Below, in pieces: positions 1-9,182 of a stretch of DNA of 64,000 nucleotides. Made by a program: the position numbers and the translations under genes. Origin of the DNA: a virus; the IMG/VR virus record IMGVR_UViG_3300008120_000016, positions 1-64,000 of that record. One strand, written 5' to 3'. The notes below the pieces were generated by a model. That model searched no databases. It saw only the letters and a list, made by a program, of their open reading frames with translations, and was not told the origin of the DNA. Positions within the stretch are counted from its first letter, which is position 1; each line of letters begins with the position of its first letter.

Positions 1-178
1 ACATTTGATACAAAGGCATTTCTACTTTTTGTGCCATTGCCCAAAGATCAACAGGACCTAAATCTGTAGGTTCTGCACTCTTAAGGAGATTGGAAAGGTG
101 GTACGAATCTACGTGTGAGCTAGTCTGATAGCTGTTGTCACGTAGGAATATACCATTGTTTAAAACTGGAGTCGGCAT
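1..178 (-). CDS. Major capsid protein, N-terminal part (runs off the window edge)
   Basis: Hand translation from ATG at 178: MPTPVLNNGIFLRDNSYQTSSHVDSYHLSNLLKSAEPTDLGPVDLWAMAQKVEMPLYQM. It resembles the N-terminus of crAss-like capsid proteins as I recall it. Position after portal and scaffold-like gene matches crAss-like synteny. Confidence 0.78.
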   Translation of the reverse strand, partial: MPTPVLNNGIFLRDNSYQTSSHVDSYHLSNLLKSAEPTDLGPVDLWAMAQKVEMPLYQM

Positions 179-211
179 GTGACTTTAAATTTAAGGGGTT
201 AATAAAATTAT

Positions 212-1480
212 TTATCGTTTAAAAATATTTTGCGGTTTTGCTATTTTCCTTGGTTTCTTATCTTCTTCTTCTTCATGATAAGTAGAAATATTCTTTCTAG
301 ATTGTTCAGTTTTAAGTTGTCTTACAGTTTGTTCAACTGCTTGATTTTTTCCCTGTTTCATAAGACTATTACGATATTCATCAGGGTTTGAAAGTAACCA
401 AAGAGCTTCTGCAATAAGAGGATAATTAGGTTCAACATACTGATATCTTTCTAAAAGATGTCCTAAAAGATTTGTAGGACGACCACTAATAGAAGGATAT
501 TGAGGTTGTACAAGTCCACTATAAAGTTGAGCTTGTGTCTTTTTATCCAATCTTAGACCATTTATTTCACCTGGTCTCAAAGCTTCAAAAACATTTTGTT
601 GATATGCTTCTGCTGCTTCTTCTTGTTGTTGTTTTCTTAATTCTTGTTGTTCAACTTGATATCGAACAACTTCTTCCTGCATTGCATCCAGTTTTGGTTT
701 AAACTGTCTAGCTTTTTTTTCTAATACACCTACATCTTTCCAGGTATCTAACTCTTCTTCAATTTCATCTGGTGTGCCAAAATTTGTTGCTTGTAAATAA
801 TTTCTTACAATCATTTCTTGATCATACTCATCTGTAGGATCAAGTTCTCTAACTTGCTCAACAGCTGCTAAAGCTTGGAAAAGACCTTTAAGATCTTGAC
901 CTCCATCAGCAACATATTTAGCTGCATATTGCAACTCTTCAGGAAGTGATTCAAAGAACTCAGCTGGTGTTTGTGCAGCAACTTCTTGTTTAAGATTATT
1001 TATATTAGCTTGCCAAAGATCATCTACATCTTTTTCTGACAAACTTGATAAATAATCATCAAGTGATTGTTTGGTTTCATCATAATCATCAAATGCAAAC
1101 ATTTCATTTGCTTCGATTCTTTTTTTCAAAAACCCTACTAAACCTGACTTGTCTGTTCGAGGTCTTCCTCGATCAGATTTAGTTTCATCATCAAATTCAG
1201 GTGTAACACCTTCATCTAATATTTCTTCTAAATCTGCTTTAACTTCATCTTTTGCATCTACATTATTAGTAGTAGAATTAAAAGTTTCAGATGTTTTTTT
1301 AGTTTCATCCCCATCTAAGAAATCAAGACTTGTCTTTTTCTTACTGAAGATATTTGGTTTAATTTCTGTAGGTTCACTCGGAGTAATTATACTTTCTGCT
1401 CCAGGAGCTCCATCAAATAAACTATCTAAGTCTACATCTACTTGTTGTACGTTTGTTTGTACATTGTTTTCAATACTCAT
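212..1480 (-). CDS. Conserved crAss-like head-assembly (scaffold-like) protein
   Basis: 422 aa, very acidic N-half, coiled-coil Q/E-rich middle; lies between portal and capsid genes. Confidence 0.6.
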   Translation of the reverse strand: MSIENNVQTNVQQVDVDLDSLFDGAPGAESIITPSEPTEIKPNIFSKKKTSLDFLDGDETKKTSETFNSTTNNVDAKDEVKADLEEILDEGVTPEFDDETKSDRGRPRTDKSGLVGFLKKRIEANEMFAFDDYDETKQSLDDYLSSLSEKDVDDLWQANINNLKQEVAAQTPAEFFESLPEELQYAAKYVADGGQDLKGLFQALAAVEQVRELDPTDEYDQEMIVRNYLQATNFGTPDEIEEELDTWKDVGVLEKKARQFKPKLDAMQEEVVRYQVEQQELRKQQQEEAAEAYQQNVFEALRPGEINGLRLDKKTQAQLYSGLVQPQYPSISGRPTNLLGHLLERYQYVEPNYPLIAEALWLLSNPDEYRNSLMKQGKNQAVEQTVRQLKTEQSRKNISTYHEEEEDKKPRKIAKPQNIFKR

Positions 1481-1507
1481 ATTATTGGTTTTTTGGTTTT
1501 GTATTTC

Positions 1508-1523
1508 TACAATAAAAATATAC
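1508..1523 (-). promoter_or_regulatory. Candidate late-promoter motif GTATATTTTTATTGTA
   Basis: 15/16 identical to the motif at 38420-38435; both lie upstream of minus-strand structural or lysis blocks. Confidence 0.45.
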
Positions 1524-1592
1524 TAATTTAAACTCTAAAAATTTAAAAACATAAAAGAAAAAATAACAAACATATGGACTATATGGCTATAA

Positions 1593-4343
1593 TTATTTCT
1601 TCTTTTCTTTAGGTTTTGGTGCATCAAACTTATTTTTATTTTCACGGGCTATTTGAAGTTGTTTATCAGCTATTTCTTTTTGTGCCTGAAGCTTTTCCCT
1701 TTCAAGATTATTTTTTTCTTGATTTTGTATATTTTTATTTATTTCTTGCTCTCTTTTATAATTCATTGTGTCTGTATAATTTTCTTGCTTTTGAATTTTT
1801 TCTAAAGCATCTTGATAATCAGACTGTTGATTTTGATTAATATCTTGCATAGCTCCATACCCAGCTGCTCTAATTTCTGCAATAGTAACTTGAGCTTGTC
1901 TATCTTTAGCAGCTTCATCAGCTTTAAATTTCTGAGATTCTTGAAGTTGTTTTTCTTGTGCTGCGATTTGTTCTTGCTGAAGTTTTTGCTGATGTTCTTG
2001 TTCTTGTTGTTTAGCTTGTTGTACTTTTTCTTCAGCTTTCTTAAGAACACCTGTAAGTTCAGCTATTGACTCAGATTTAATAATACTTCCTAAATCATAA
2101 ATTGAGGCACCTGTAGCATTGTTATTTAGAGCTAGTTGTTTTAATTGCTCCATCATTGCACGAGAATTAGTTTTTGTAGTACAGAAAATATTAAGATCTC
2201 TCATTAACAAGTTAGTTCCTTCCATTTGGAAGTTAATTTTTTCATCTCCACCTGTAATATATTGAAGACGAATACTTGGTTTTTTAGAATGATAGTATTG
2301 AGCAAGATCAGTTCTCATCTGATGTACACGAGGCATCAAGTTGTCACTATGCTGTATAAAGTATTGTTCTGTTTGAGCATAGCTAGCATTCATAGCTTGT
2401 TCAACTCCTGTAGCAGTTTGTTGCTGAGCTATTTGCTGACCCATACGTTGTGGGTTTAAACCAATTACTTCAAATGCTTGATTTTTAAAATATGTACCAA
2501 GTTGAATCCTTGACATCAAACGTTGAGTTTGTTCAAGATTTAACACTTGATAGTGCTGGAAATTAAGAGCATTTTCTGTATTTGTAATAGATGTATCAAG
2601 TGGTAGCATTTGAAAGTTCTTCATTGCTACATATGCTTTTGATAGATTGTTCTTACCCCAGTCTTCACCCAATGAGTGACGAGGAAGAGCATTCTGGTCA
2701 AGCATAATCACTGTACCTAATTCATCTACAAGAATATCTGCTATTTGGTTGTTTACAATGTTATAACCTATCTGATAAGGCTTCATTAAGTCTACAAGAC
2801 TTACAGATCGCGTATTGCGATCAGAGAACACAGCCCCTTCTACAGGAAGTTTACAACCATAAAGAGTTGCATCACCTTTAAACTGGAAAGGAACTCTACC
2901 TGGTCTACCACCATTAAGTCCAAGATAAATAGGATTAATACCTCCTGGATTATTCATACCCCAAAATGCAGGTCTGTTAGGACCAATTTTAACTCCACCC
3001 CATACTTCATTAATCCATATCCAATCTATATGCTCACCAAAAATTAAGTTGTCTTTTGTTTTTTGTTTAAACAATTCCTGATTATAAAGTGGTTTTTCAC
3101 TCACTTTATATTCTTCAGATACTATTTCTTGTATTAAATCACCTTCTGATGTGATTTTTGTAAGGTGTCCCACTTTTCTTTGACTTTTCCAATAGATAGT
3201 TGAAACCCTAAGCATATAACTTTTACCGAAGTCTTGCATGTCCTCTGAGTCAGATAATATCCATTGGACAATGTCTCCAAATTGACTCCCGGCATCATAT
3301 AAGGAAGTGAACTGTCTATAAGCCAGTGAAGGCATTTGTGTGTTCCATTCATGTGTTCTTTTCGGATCATAATAACTACCGTCGTTTTGCATTCCTTGAA
3401 TAGCATACCCAGCTGATCTTGCTGGATAAATTGCTTCTAAAGCTTCCAATTGTTCATCAGTCATCATCCAACCGTACTTATCTACAACGTCAGAAATTGA
3501 CATCATATCTAGTTTACCTACCCAATTTCCTTGGGATATATAACGAACATCTGGAGATTTATGATAAAAAGTAAGAAGAGGATTCCAAAGTTCCATTTCA
3601 TAATCATCCTCCATCATATTAAAATGCCAAAACTCTCTATCTGTAATCAGCATATCACGAAAAGCACGTTCTTCAAGTTCTTGCATTTTAAATCTTTCTT
3701 CATCAACTTTCATTTGATGATCAGCCCATTCTTCAATCATCGATCTATAATCCTTTTTAAAAAAATCTTCTATTTCAGGAAGAGTTTTTAATTTTTCAGG
3801 ATTTAATTCTTGACCAGCTTCTTCTGAAGCAGGGTCAATACCCATTTCCATTAACTTATGAACTTGCTTTTGTTGAGCTTGTTGTAAAAGAACTTGTTCA
3901 ATCATTGCTCTTTTTTCTTCTAACATCTCATTATATGACATGTCATCAACTGCTCTAAACATTATTCTAGATGTTCTTTTAGAAAATTCATTACAAAGAA
4001 CATTAATAACATTAGGTATAATAGGATAAAACTTAAGCTCAAATGCTGATACATCCTCTTTAGTGAGAGTGTCAATCAAATCAGCCATTTCATTATCTTC
4101 TTCCACTATATAATCTTGCTTATCTATAATACCTTTAGCAAGTTTGTAGTTTTTCATTAGACGTCTTGCATTACGTCTAAGTTGTTTCATACCTTGAAAT
4201 TCTAACCAGTCAAGGTTCCAAGCTCTCCACTGATCATCTTTTTCTTTTTCTGTTACAAATTGAAAAGGCTGAATAAGAGTACCCATCTTATTGTACTCTA
4301 CTTTAGCACCCTTTTTTAACTGTAAGGCATTATATATTTGCAT
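1593..4343 (-). CDS. Portal protein (crAss-like)
   Basis: 916 aa, immediately downstream of the terminase; FYPIIPNVINVL and AMNASYAQTE motifs and long C-terminal coiled coil are typical of crAss-like portals. Confidence 0.85.
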   Translation of the reverse strand: MQIYNALQLKKGAKVEYNKMGTLIQPFQFVTEKEKDDQWRAWNLDWLEFQGMKQLRRNARRLMKNYKLAKGIIDKQDYIVEEDNEMADLIDTLTKEDVSAFELKFYPIIPNVINVLCNEFSKRTSRIMFRAVDDMSYNEMLEEKRAMIEQVLLQQAQQKQVHKLMEMGIDPASEEAGQELNPEKLKTLPEIEDFFKKDYRSMIEEWADHQMKVDEERFKMQELEERAFRDMLITDREFWHFNMMEDDYEMELWNPLLTFYHKSPDVRYISQGNWVGKLDMMSISDVVDKYGWMMTDEQLEALEAIYPARSAGYAIQGMQNDGSYYDPKRTHEWNTQMPSLAYRQFTSLYDAGSQFGDIVQWILSDSEDMQDFGKSYMLRVSTIYWKSQRKVGHLTKITSEGDLIQEIVSEEYKVSEKPLYNQELFKQKTKDNLIFGEHIDWIWINEVWGGVKIGPNRPAFWGMNNPGGINPIYLGLNGGRPGRVPFQFKGDATLYGCKLPVEGAVFSDRNTRSVSLVDLMKPYQIGYNIVNNQIADILVDELGTVIMLDQNALPRHSLGEDWGKNNLSKAYVAMKNFQMLPLDTSITNTENALNFQHYQVLNLEQTQRLMSRIQLGTYFKNQAFEVIGLNPQRMGQQIAQQQTATGVEQAMNASYAQTEQYFIQHSDNLMPRVHQMRTDLAQYYHSKKPSIRLQYITGGDEKINFQMEGTNLLMRDLNIFCTTKTNSRAMMEQLKQLALNNNATGASIYDLGSIIKSESIAELTGVLKKAEEKVQQAKQQEQEHQQKLQQEQIAAQEKQLQESQKFKADEAAKDRQAQVTIAEIRAAGYGAMQDINQNQQSDYQDALEKIQKQENYTDTMNYKREQEINKNIQNQEKNNLEREKLQAQKEIADKQLQIARENKNKFDAPKPKEKKK

Positions 4344-4348
4344 GATTC

Positions 4349-4453
4349 TTAATTAGTTATAATGTATGTAATACCAGTGATTCCTGTAGTATTGGTACAT
4401 ACAAATGTACCTGCGTTATAATCAGATATTGTTACTGTTCCTGTAGTCATCAT
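4349..4453 (-). CDS. Small Thr-rich ORF (34 aa) between terminase and portal
   Basis: MMTTGTVTISDYNAGTFVCTNTTGITGITYIITN; its ATG overlaps the terminase TGA (ATGA) and its stop is 5 nt before the portal ATG. Confidence 0.4.
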   Translation of the reverse strand: MMTTGTVTISDYNAGTFVCTNTTGITGITYIITN

Positions 4454-6651
4454 TTTAAATTTTTAAAAGCATTTCGAACTGATCTTCCTGAAATGCTTTT
4501 ATGTGTACCAATATATCTAAAGGGACTATAATTTAATTTACTAAATTTACCGGAGTTATCCAAATTTTCATTTGTAACTTCTGTACGTTTAGACATCCCT
4601 CTGTTAGCTTGTTGCACTTTAGCAAAAGCTACTAAAGCACAAAATGCTACAAGTCTATCTACGTTTAACCCATCTTGGTAATCCTGCATTTCTTTAAGAA
4701 GCATGGGATCAGGAATACGTTCTACACCATAAACAGTTTTAACAATTGATCCGTCTTCAAGTGTTTCATGATCAAGCTCCTCTTTTAAAAATTCTATACC
4801 ATATGATAAAAGATTACCTTTAAATAAAGTTCCCACGTTTTTCCATCCATATTCTTGAAAGACATTTGTATTAGCTCCTATATCTTTAAGAAATAACATC
4901 ATATTTTTAGGAACCAAATATCTTTGTTTTTTACGTTCCATCATATAATGTATAAATAAAGACACGTTATTTTCTACAAGTGTCCAAGCATTATACCATT
5001 CAATCATCATCTCAAGCCGTTCATGTGTCTTTTTTATATCATCAAACCTACCACACCAACTTGCTACAATAGTATCTCTTTCTATATGTTGTGATATCTT
5101 TTCTCCTTCTTTTTTTATTACTTCAACTGGATTTTTAAGAATATATATTGCACAAAGAGAATCAGATGTAGTTGTTTTACCTTCACCCACAGGATCTATG
5201 GATGCATAATACATTCCAAATGTTGGATCTTTAACCGGACGTTCATAAACACATATTACTCCTTCTTTATCTTCTGCTTTTTTAGATATTGGAAACTCCA
5301 TAATAGGAGTTTTTCTAGATGGTTTATCTATTACTTTTCCTTCAGCATCTCTGTACAAATCTAAATATTCAACAGGATATTGTTTATCTTCAATACGTTG
5401 GAGTTGTTTTGATACAAGATGTGGAGGGAATACTGACTCTTTTCTGGTAGCAAATGCTTCTTCTATAGTTGTAGGCTTCTGAGATATACGAAGCTGATAT
5501 TGATCAGGAGGAAGATCTTTATACCACTGAAGACGTTCTTCTTTTATAGCTTCTAGAGCTTCCTTTACTAATGAGTTTCCTGCCTCATCTATATATGGAG
5601 GCATACTCCATTGCTCAGGAATAAAAAGACCACTTTCACCAATAGTACCTTTATTATCAATTAAGTTAGTTGTAACAGCAAACATACCATATCTATGAGG
5701 ATATAGTATCATATCTTTTAAAGGCTTACACTGATCGAGATCACCCACTGATCCTGCTGCAATAAAAGTACCTGTTGTCACCATACCAGATTGCATAGCA
5801 GGTCTCATAAACTCATATGTATCCATCATCTTAGGAGCAATACCTGCTTCTTCATGAAAGAAATAAGTTACTGGACCACCCACACCATTTGTAGGATCTT
5901 TTTCAAATGATGTACCTGTAATAATAGATTTATTACCCTTGTATGTATCACGACCTCCAATTCTCACTTTAATTCTCTGTTGCCATGAGAATATCTTATC
6001 AGGTTCAGATGGTCTATACCAAGCTGTATGTTCATTTAGAAAGTTACGATATTCATTAAGCATTCTCCAAGATCCTTTCTCAGAGATATAATCTTTAAGA
6101 CTAGCACCTATTTTGTTTACAGAACCTTCTTCAAACCAATATTGATTAAGAAGTTTAGCCATATGAAAATAGGATGATGCAATCTGACGCTTCTTTAATA
6201 TTGGTAGATGTTTCCAATAAAGCTCACCCAAACACTCATATAAAGCCATATGATATTGGGCATCCCTTACTTTAGCAAAGTCAAATCTTTTTTCCTCCTT
6301 ATCATAAATAGGAAGAAAATTAAGCCACATGTAATAATCACGAGTTATGTACCAGGTTAATCCATCTTCTTTATAAATTACTCCATTTCTGCATTTATCT
6401 TTTTGATCATTCCAGTATGCAATAAAGTCTTTACTTTTAATAGGAGCATTACAATAATATCCTAATTTTTGAAACCTTCTAGCTTCGTTATTAAATTGCT
6501 TTGATATTGATACTGTAAATTTATATCCCTCATCTGGACCAGCATCTATAAAAACAGATCTTACAAAATCACGATACCCTTCCCTTGTATAAAATACAGT
6601 GGTTGTCCAATTTCCATTATCATATGTAGGTATCGTTTTATAACTATTCAT
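4450..6651 (-). CDS. terL: Terminase large subunit
   Basis: 733 aa; Walker A-like ILKKRQIASS, Walker B FFHEEAG, RNase H-like nuclease motifs YASIDPVGEG and NVDRLVAF. Confidence 0.92.
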   Translation of the reverse strand: MNSYKTIPTYDNGNWTTTVFYTREGYRDFVRSVFIDAGPDEGYKFTVSISKQFNNEARRFQKLGYYCNAPIKSKDFIAYWNDQKDKCRNGVIYKEDGLTWYITRDYYMWLNFLPIYDKEEKRFDFAKVRDAQYHMALYECLGELYWKHLPILKKRQIASSYFHMAKLLNQYWFEEGSVNKIGASLKDYISEKGSWRMLNEYRNFLNEHTAWYRPSEPDKIFSWQQRIKVRIGGRDTYKGNKSIITGTSFEKDPTNGVGGPVTYFFHEEAGIAPKMMDTYEFMRPAMQSGMVTTGTFIAAGSVGDLDQCKPLKDMILYPHRYGMFAVTTNLIDNKGTIGESGLFIPEQWSMPPYIDEAGNSLVKEALEAIKEERLQWYKDLPPDQYQLRISQKPTTIEEAFATRKESVFPPHLVSKQLQRIEDKQYPVEYLDLYRDAEGKVIDKPSRKTPIMEFPISKKAEDKEGVICVYERPVKDPTFGMYYASIDPVGEGKTTTSDSLCAIYILKNPVEVIKKEGEKISQHIERDTIVASWCGRFDDIKKTHERLEMMIEWYNAWTLVENNVSLFIHYMMERKKQRYLVPKNMMLFLKDIGANTNVFQEYGWKNVGTLFKGNLLSYGIEFLKEELDHETLEDGSIVKTVYGVERIPDPMLLKEMQDYQDGLNVDRLVAFCALVAFAKVQQANRGMSKRTEVTNENLDNSGKFSKLNYSPFRYIGTHKSISGRSVRNAFKNLK

Positions 6652-6865
6652 TAGTTATGTTTAATTTTTTATTAAGATCATTTAAGTCTCCTTTTGTTTT
6701 ATGTATAATATCAAGAAGAGTATTAAATGAACGACTTCTGATTATACCTTTAAGATTATAGTTGCTCCAATATTGAGTGTATTGTTCCCTAGGTATAGCA
6801 GCCCATTGCTCATTAAATGAACTATAGTGAAATACATAATCGTTTAAATATGACTGATCTTGCAT
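6644..6865 (-). CDS. Hypothetical protein
   Basis: 73 aa ORF overlapping the terL start by 8 nt. Confidence 0.6.
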   Translation of the reverse strand: MQDQSYLNDYVFHYSSFNEQWAAIPREQYTQYWSNYNLKGIIRSRSFNTLLDIIHKTKGDLNDLNKKLNITNE

Positions 6866-6879
6866 TTTTTAAATTTTAG

Positions 6880-6998
6880 CTGTAGGGGGAGGAGTCGAAC
6901 CTCCATGTTGACTATTCTCAACAAAAAGCTTATTTCTGTGGAGAATAACCAACACTATCGAGACAAGATAGCGTGTCTGCCAATTTCACCACCCTACA
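6880..6998 (-). tRNA. Atypical class II-like tRNA (nominal anticodon GTC; identity uncertain)
   Basis: Acceptor TGTAGGG/CCCTACA plus G73; Leu-type D arm GTGAAATTGGCAGACAC; anticodon stem CTATC/GATAG with loop TTGTCTC; T arm GGAGG-TTCGACT-CCTCC; variable arm of about 50 nt. Confidence 0.7.
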
Positions 6999-6999
6999 A

Positions 7000-7140
7000 T
7001 ATTGCAACTTTTGAACGATGTCAGTGAGAGTTGCCAACTCATCCTACATTACGATTAGGCTCTTGTTTGTGCATCAAGTATAGGTTCAAAAACCCATATC
7101 AAGATGCTAAGAGGAACTACGATCTAGTGGCCTACTAGCA
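7000..7140 (-). ncRNA. Putative structured RNA between the two tRNAs
   Basis: Stems CTAGT/ACTAG, CTCTT/AAGAG enclosing GCATC/GATGC and TATGGGTT/AACCTATA, plus GAGTT/AACTC; no ORF. Confidence 0.4.
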
Positions 7141-7145
7141 CTTTG

Positions 7146-7217
7146 TTGCGAGGGTAGGACTCGAACCTACGACCTTGAGATTATGAGACTCACGAGCTAC
7201 CTCTGCTCTACCTCGCA
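7146..7217 (-). tRNA. tRNA-Met(CAT), initiator-like D arm
   Basis: TGCGAGG/CCTCGCA acceptor, GAGC/GCTC D stem, loop CTCATAA, T arm GTAGG-TTCGAGT-CCTAC; CCA not encoded. Confidence 0.9.
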
Positions 7218-7219
7218 AT

Positions 7220-7774
7220 TTATTTTTTTAAATCATCTACAGTTTTAATAATAAGACCAAAAGGAATACCATAAAAAGCTGTTTTAGTTTCTCTAACACC
7301 TAAATCAAGTACCAACTCTCTACTTTGATATTTTTCTAATATATCTTTTTTATACAAACCACAAATTATAAATTTTAATTCAGTGGGATGTTTTATAACA
7401 ATTATTTCATCTCTTACAGGAACAACTTGTATTAAAGGAAACTTACCATATTCTACTGTTTTTACTCCGCAATTAAGTCCTATTTTATTAAAATCCTCAA
7501 CATCATATTTACTTGAATCTCCTACTTCCCAATCTATAATTTCTACTCCCAATAACTTTTCTAAAGCTGCTTCTCCTAATAAACCAGTGGTATATCTTTT
7601 TTCTAATTTATTAAAATCACCCTTATACCCTTTTTCTTGTTTCTTTCGTTCAGCAATTAAAGTAGCTAAATTTTTTACTTTAATTTCTATAGACTCGTCT
7701 AAATAAACTTTAGGTAGATTTTTTACAATAGGACTAACTAAAGTTTGATAATTTAATTCAATTTGTGCTACCAT
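7220..7774 (-). CDS. Hypothetical protein, possible PD-(D/E)xK-like nuclease fold
   Basis: 184 aa; the GLLGEAALEKLL...DVEDF...CGVKT pattern is reminiscent of restriction-endonuclease-fold proteins (inference). Confidence 0.4.
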   Translation of the reverse strand: MVAQIELNYQTLVSPIVKNLPKVYLDESIEIKVKNLATLIAERKKQEKGYKGDFNKLEKRYTTGLLGEAALEKLLGVEIIDWEVGDSSKYDVEDFNKIGLNCGVKTVEYGKFPLIQVVPVRDEIIVIKHPTELKFIICGLYKKDILEKYQSRELVLDLGVRETKTAFYGIPFGLIIKTVDDLKK

Positions 7775-7776
7775 AA

Positions 7777-8289
7777 TTATTGATCGTATGCTAAATTTTG
7801 TCCACCTCTTACAGATGATTGTTGCTCTTCCATTAAATCTTTATACACTCCTTTAAAAGATTGTCTCACCATATCAAATCTTTCTGCTATTCTTAATAAT
7901 GCTGTAGCAGATCCGTCTCTGCCAGATGTTGGTTTTTCAGTGGCCATAAATGTAGCCATATTGTCTAGTGCAATTTTAATACCTTGATATGCTCTATATG
8001 TAGGAGTTTCGTAAAGCTTCTGACAATTTTTTAAAGCTTTATATATTAAATCATCTTCTGTACTAAACTCAGCATCTATTTCTCTTAATATTAATTCTTC
8101 TTTATCTTGTTCAGGAACATCAAAAAAAGGATTAAGATCTGGATTAGGGCAAGTCATATAAAATAAATAAGAATACACCTTAATATAATCATCAGGATAT
8201 TCTTCCATTATATCTTTTAAAAACTTTAAAGTGTAGCAATGCTCACTTGGAATCAACTTACCATTTTGTATATCAAATAATCTAATCAT
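7777..8289 (-). CDS. Conserved crAss-like protein (possible terminase small subunit)
   Basis: 170 aa; MIRLFDIQNGK...YLFYMTCPNPDLNPFF...VRGGQNLAYDQ recognised as a conserved crAss-like gene near terL. The function is a guess. Confidence 0.45.
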   Translation of the reverse strand: MIRLFDIQNGKLIPSEHCYTLKFLKDIMEEYPDDYIKVYSYLFYMTCPNPDLNPFFDVPEQDKEELILREIDAEFSTEDDLIYKALKNCQKLYETPTYRAYQGIKIALDNMATFMATEKPTSGRDGSATALLRIAERFDMVRQSFKGVYKDLMEEQQSSVRGGQNLAYDQ

Positions 8290-8291
8290 AT

Positions 8292-8516
8292 TTATTTATT
8301 TTGAGGTTGTCTTAATAAATCTCTTCTTGCAGAAGACATGCTCATTTTTCTTAATAATAAATGTCCATTTAACTCATGGTCATGTACCCACGTAATTATT
8401 TTATTTTTTTTATGATTTTCATTTAAATAACATTTTCTTGCTGAATTACCAGCTTCTATAATATTATTTTCATAATCATCAAGTATGCTACTTAGCATGG
8501 GAATTTCTTCACTCAT
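8292..8516 (-). CDS. Hypothetical protein
   Basis: 74 aa ORF packed in the operon. Confidence 0.5.
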   Translation of the reverse strand: MSEEIPMLSSILDDYENNIIEAGNSARKCYLNENHKKNKIITWVHDHELNGHLLLRKMSMSSARRDLLRQPQNK

Positions 8517-8814
8517 TGTTTTTATTTTTTAAAAAGTCCATATTTCTAACAGCACCTTTACCCCATCTACCCTTATTCGGTTTCCAATCATCAGGTATTA
8601 CTGGAACTAAAGGTTCACCTGCTGTAGGATTGCCATAAATTATTAAATCATTTTGATCCACTGTACGTACAACTCCTGTCTCATACATACGTACAACAAA
8701 CTGAGGATTAGATGTTACACTTCCTGATATCATAAACATAACAAGACATTCTCCAAGCCCTTTGGCATATCCATCAAAAGGATTGTGTATTTCATGTATT
8801 GTTTGTGTTATCAT
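8509..8814 (-). CDS. Hypothetical protein
   Basis: 101 aa ORF overlapping its neighbours. Confidence 0.6.
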   Translation of the reverse strand: MITQTIHEIHNPFDGYAKGLGECLVMFMISGSVTSNPQFVVRMYETGVVRTVDQNDLIIYGNPTAGEPLVPVIPDDWKPNKGRWGKGAVRNMDFLKNKNNE

Positions 8815-9182
8815 ACTGCATATAAAATTGATAATGTATGTAATCTTCCAGCTGCCTCAAACATTGCATTTATTGTAGCAGGATCTTGTCTTGTTGCATA
8901 TTCTCTTTCTAATTGAGAACAAGAATGTAACATTTCATGCAACATTTTTAATTCTTCATCATTCACTTTGTCTTGAAGATAATTAAGAACATTTTCTGCA
9001 AGAGACCACATTGTAGCACATTTTCCATGAGGATATACATCTGATCTAAGATCTTTAACTGTATCAACAAGAAGCTCAGACATTTGTAAATACATTTTAG
9101 AAACACGTTCTCTTTGAGCTATGTTTATTTCTTTTTTATGTTGTGCTATTGTCACCAACATTTTAATTACATCAAACCACAT
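8811..9182 (-). CDS. Hypothetical helical protein
   Basis: 123 aa ORF overlapping its neighbours. Confidence 0.6.
   Translation of the reverse strand: MWFDVIKMLVTIAQHKKEINIAQRERVSKMYLQMSELLVDTVKDLRSDVYPHGKCATMWSLAENVLNYLQDKVNDEELKMLHEMLHSCSQLEREYATRQDPATINAMFEAAGRLHTLSILYAV

Noticed and set aside
1149-3791. Plus-strand and alternate-frame ORFs overlapping the scaffold and portal genes
   Set aside because: Shadow ORFs with biased antisense composition and no motifs. The same applies to similar overlaps at 7383, 9253-10278, 31093, 35531, 36744-37742, 52657, 57194, 60127 and 63236.
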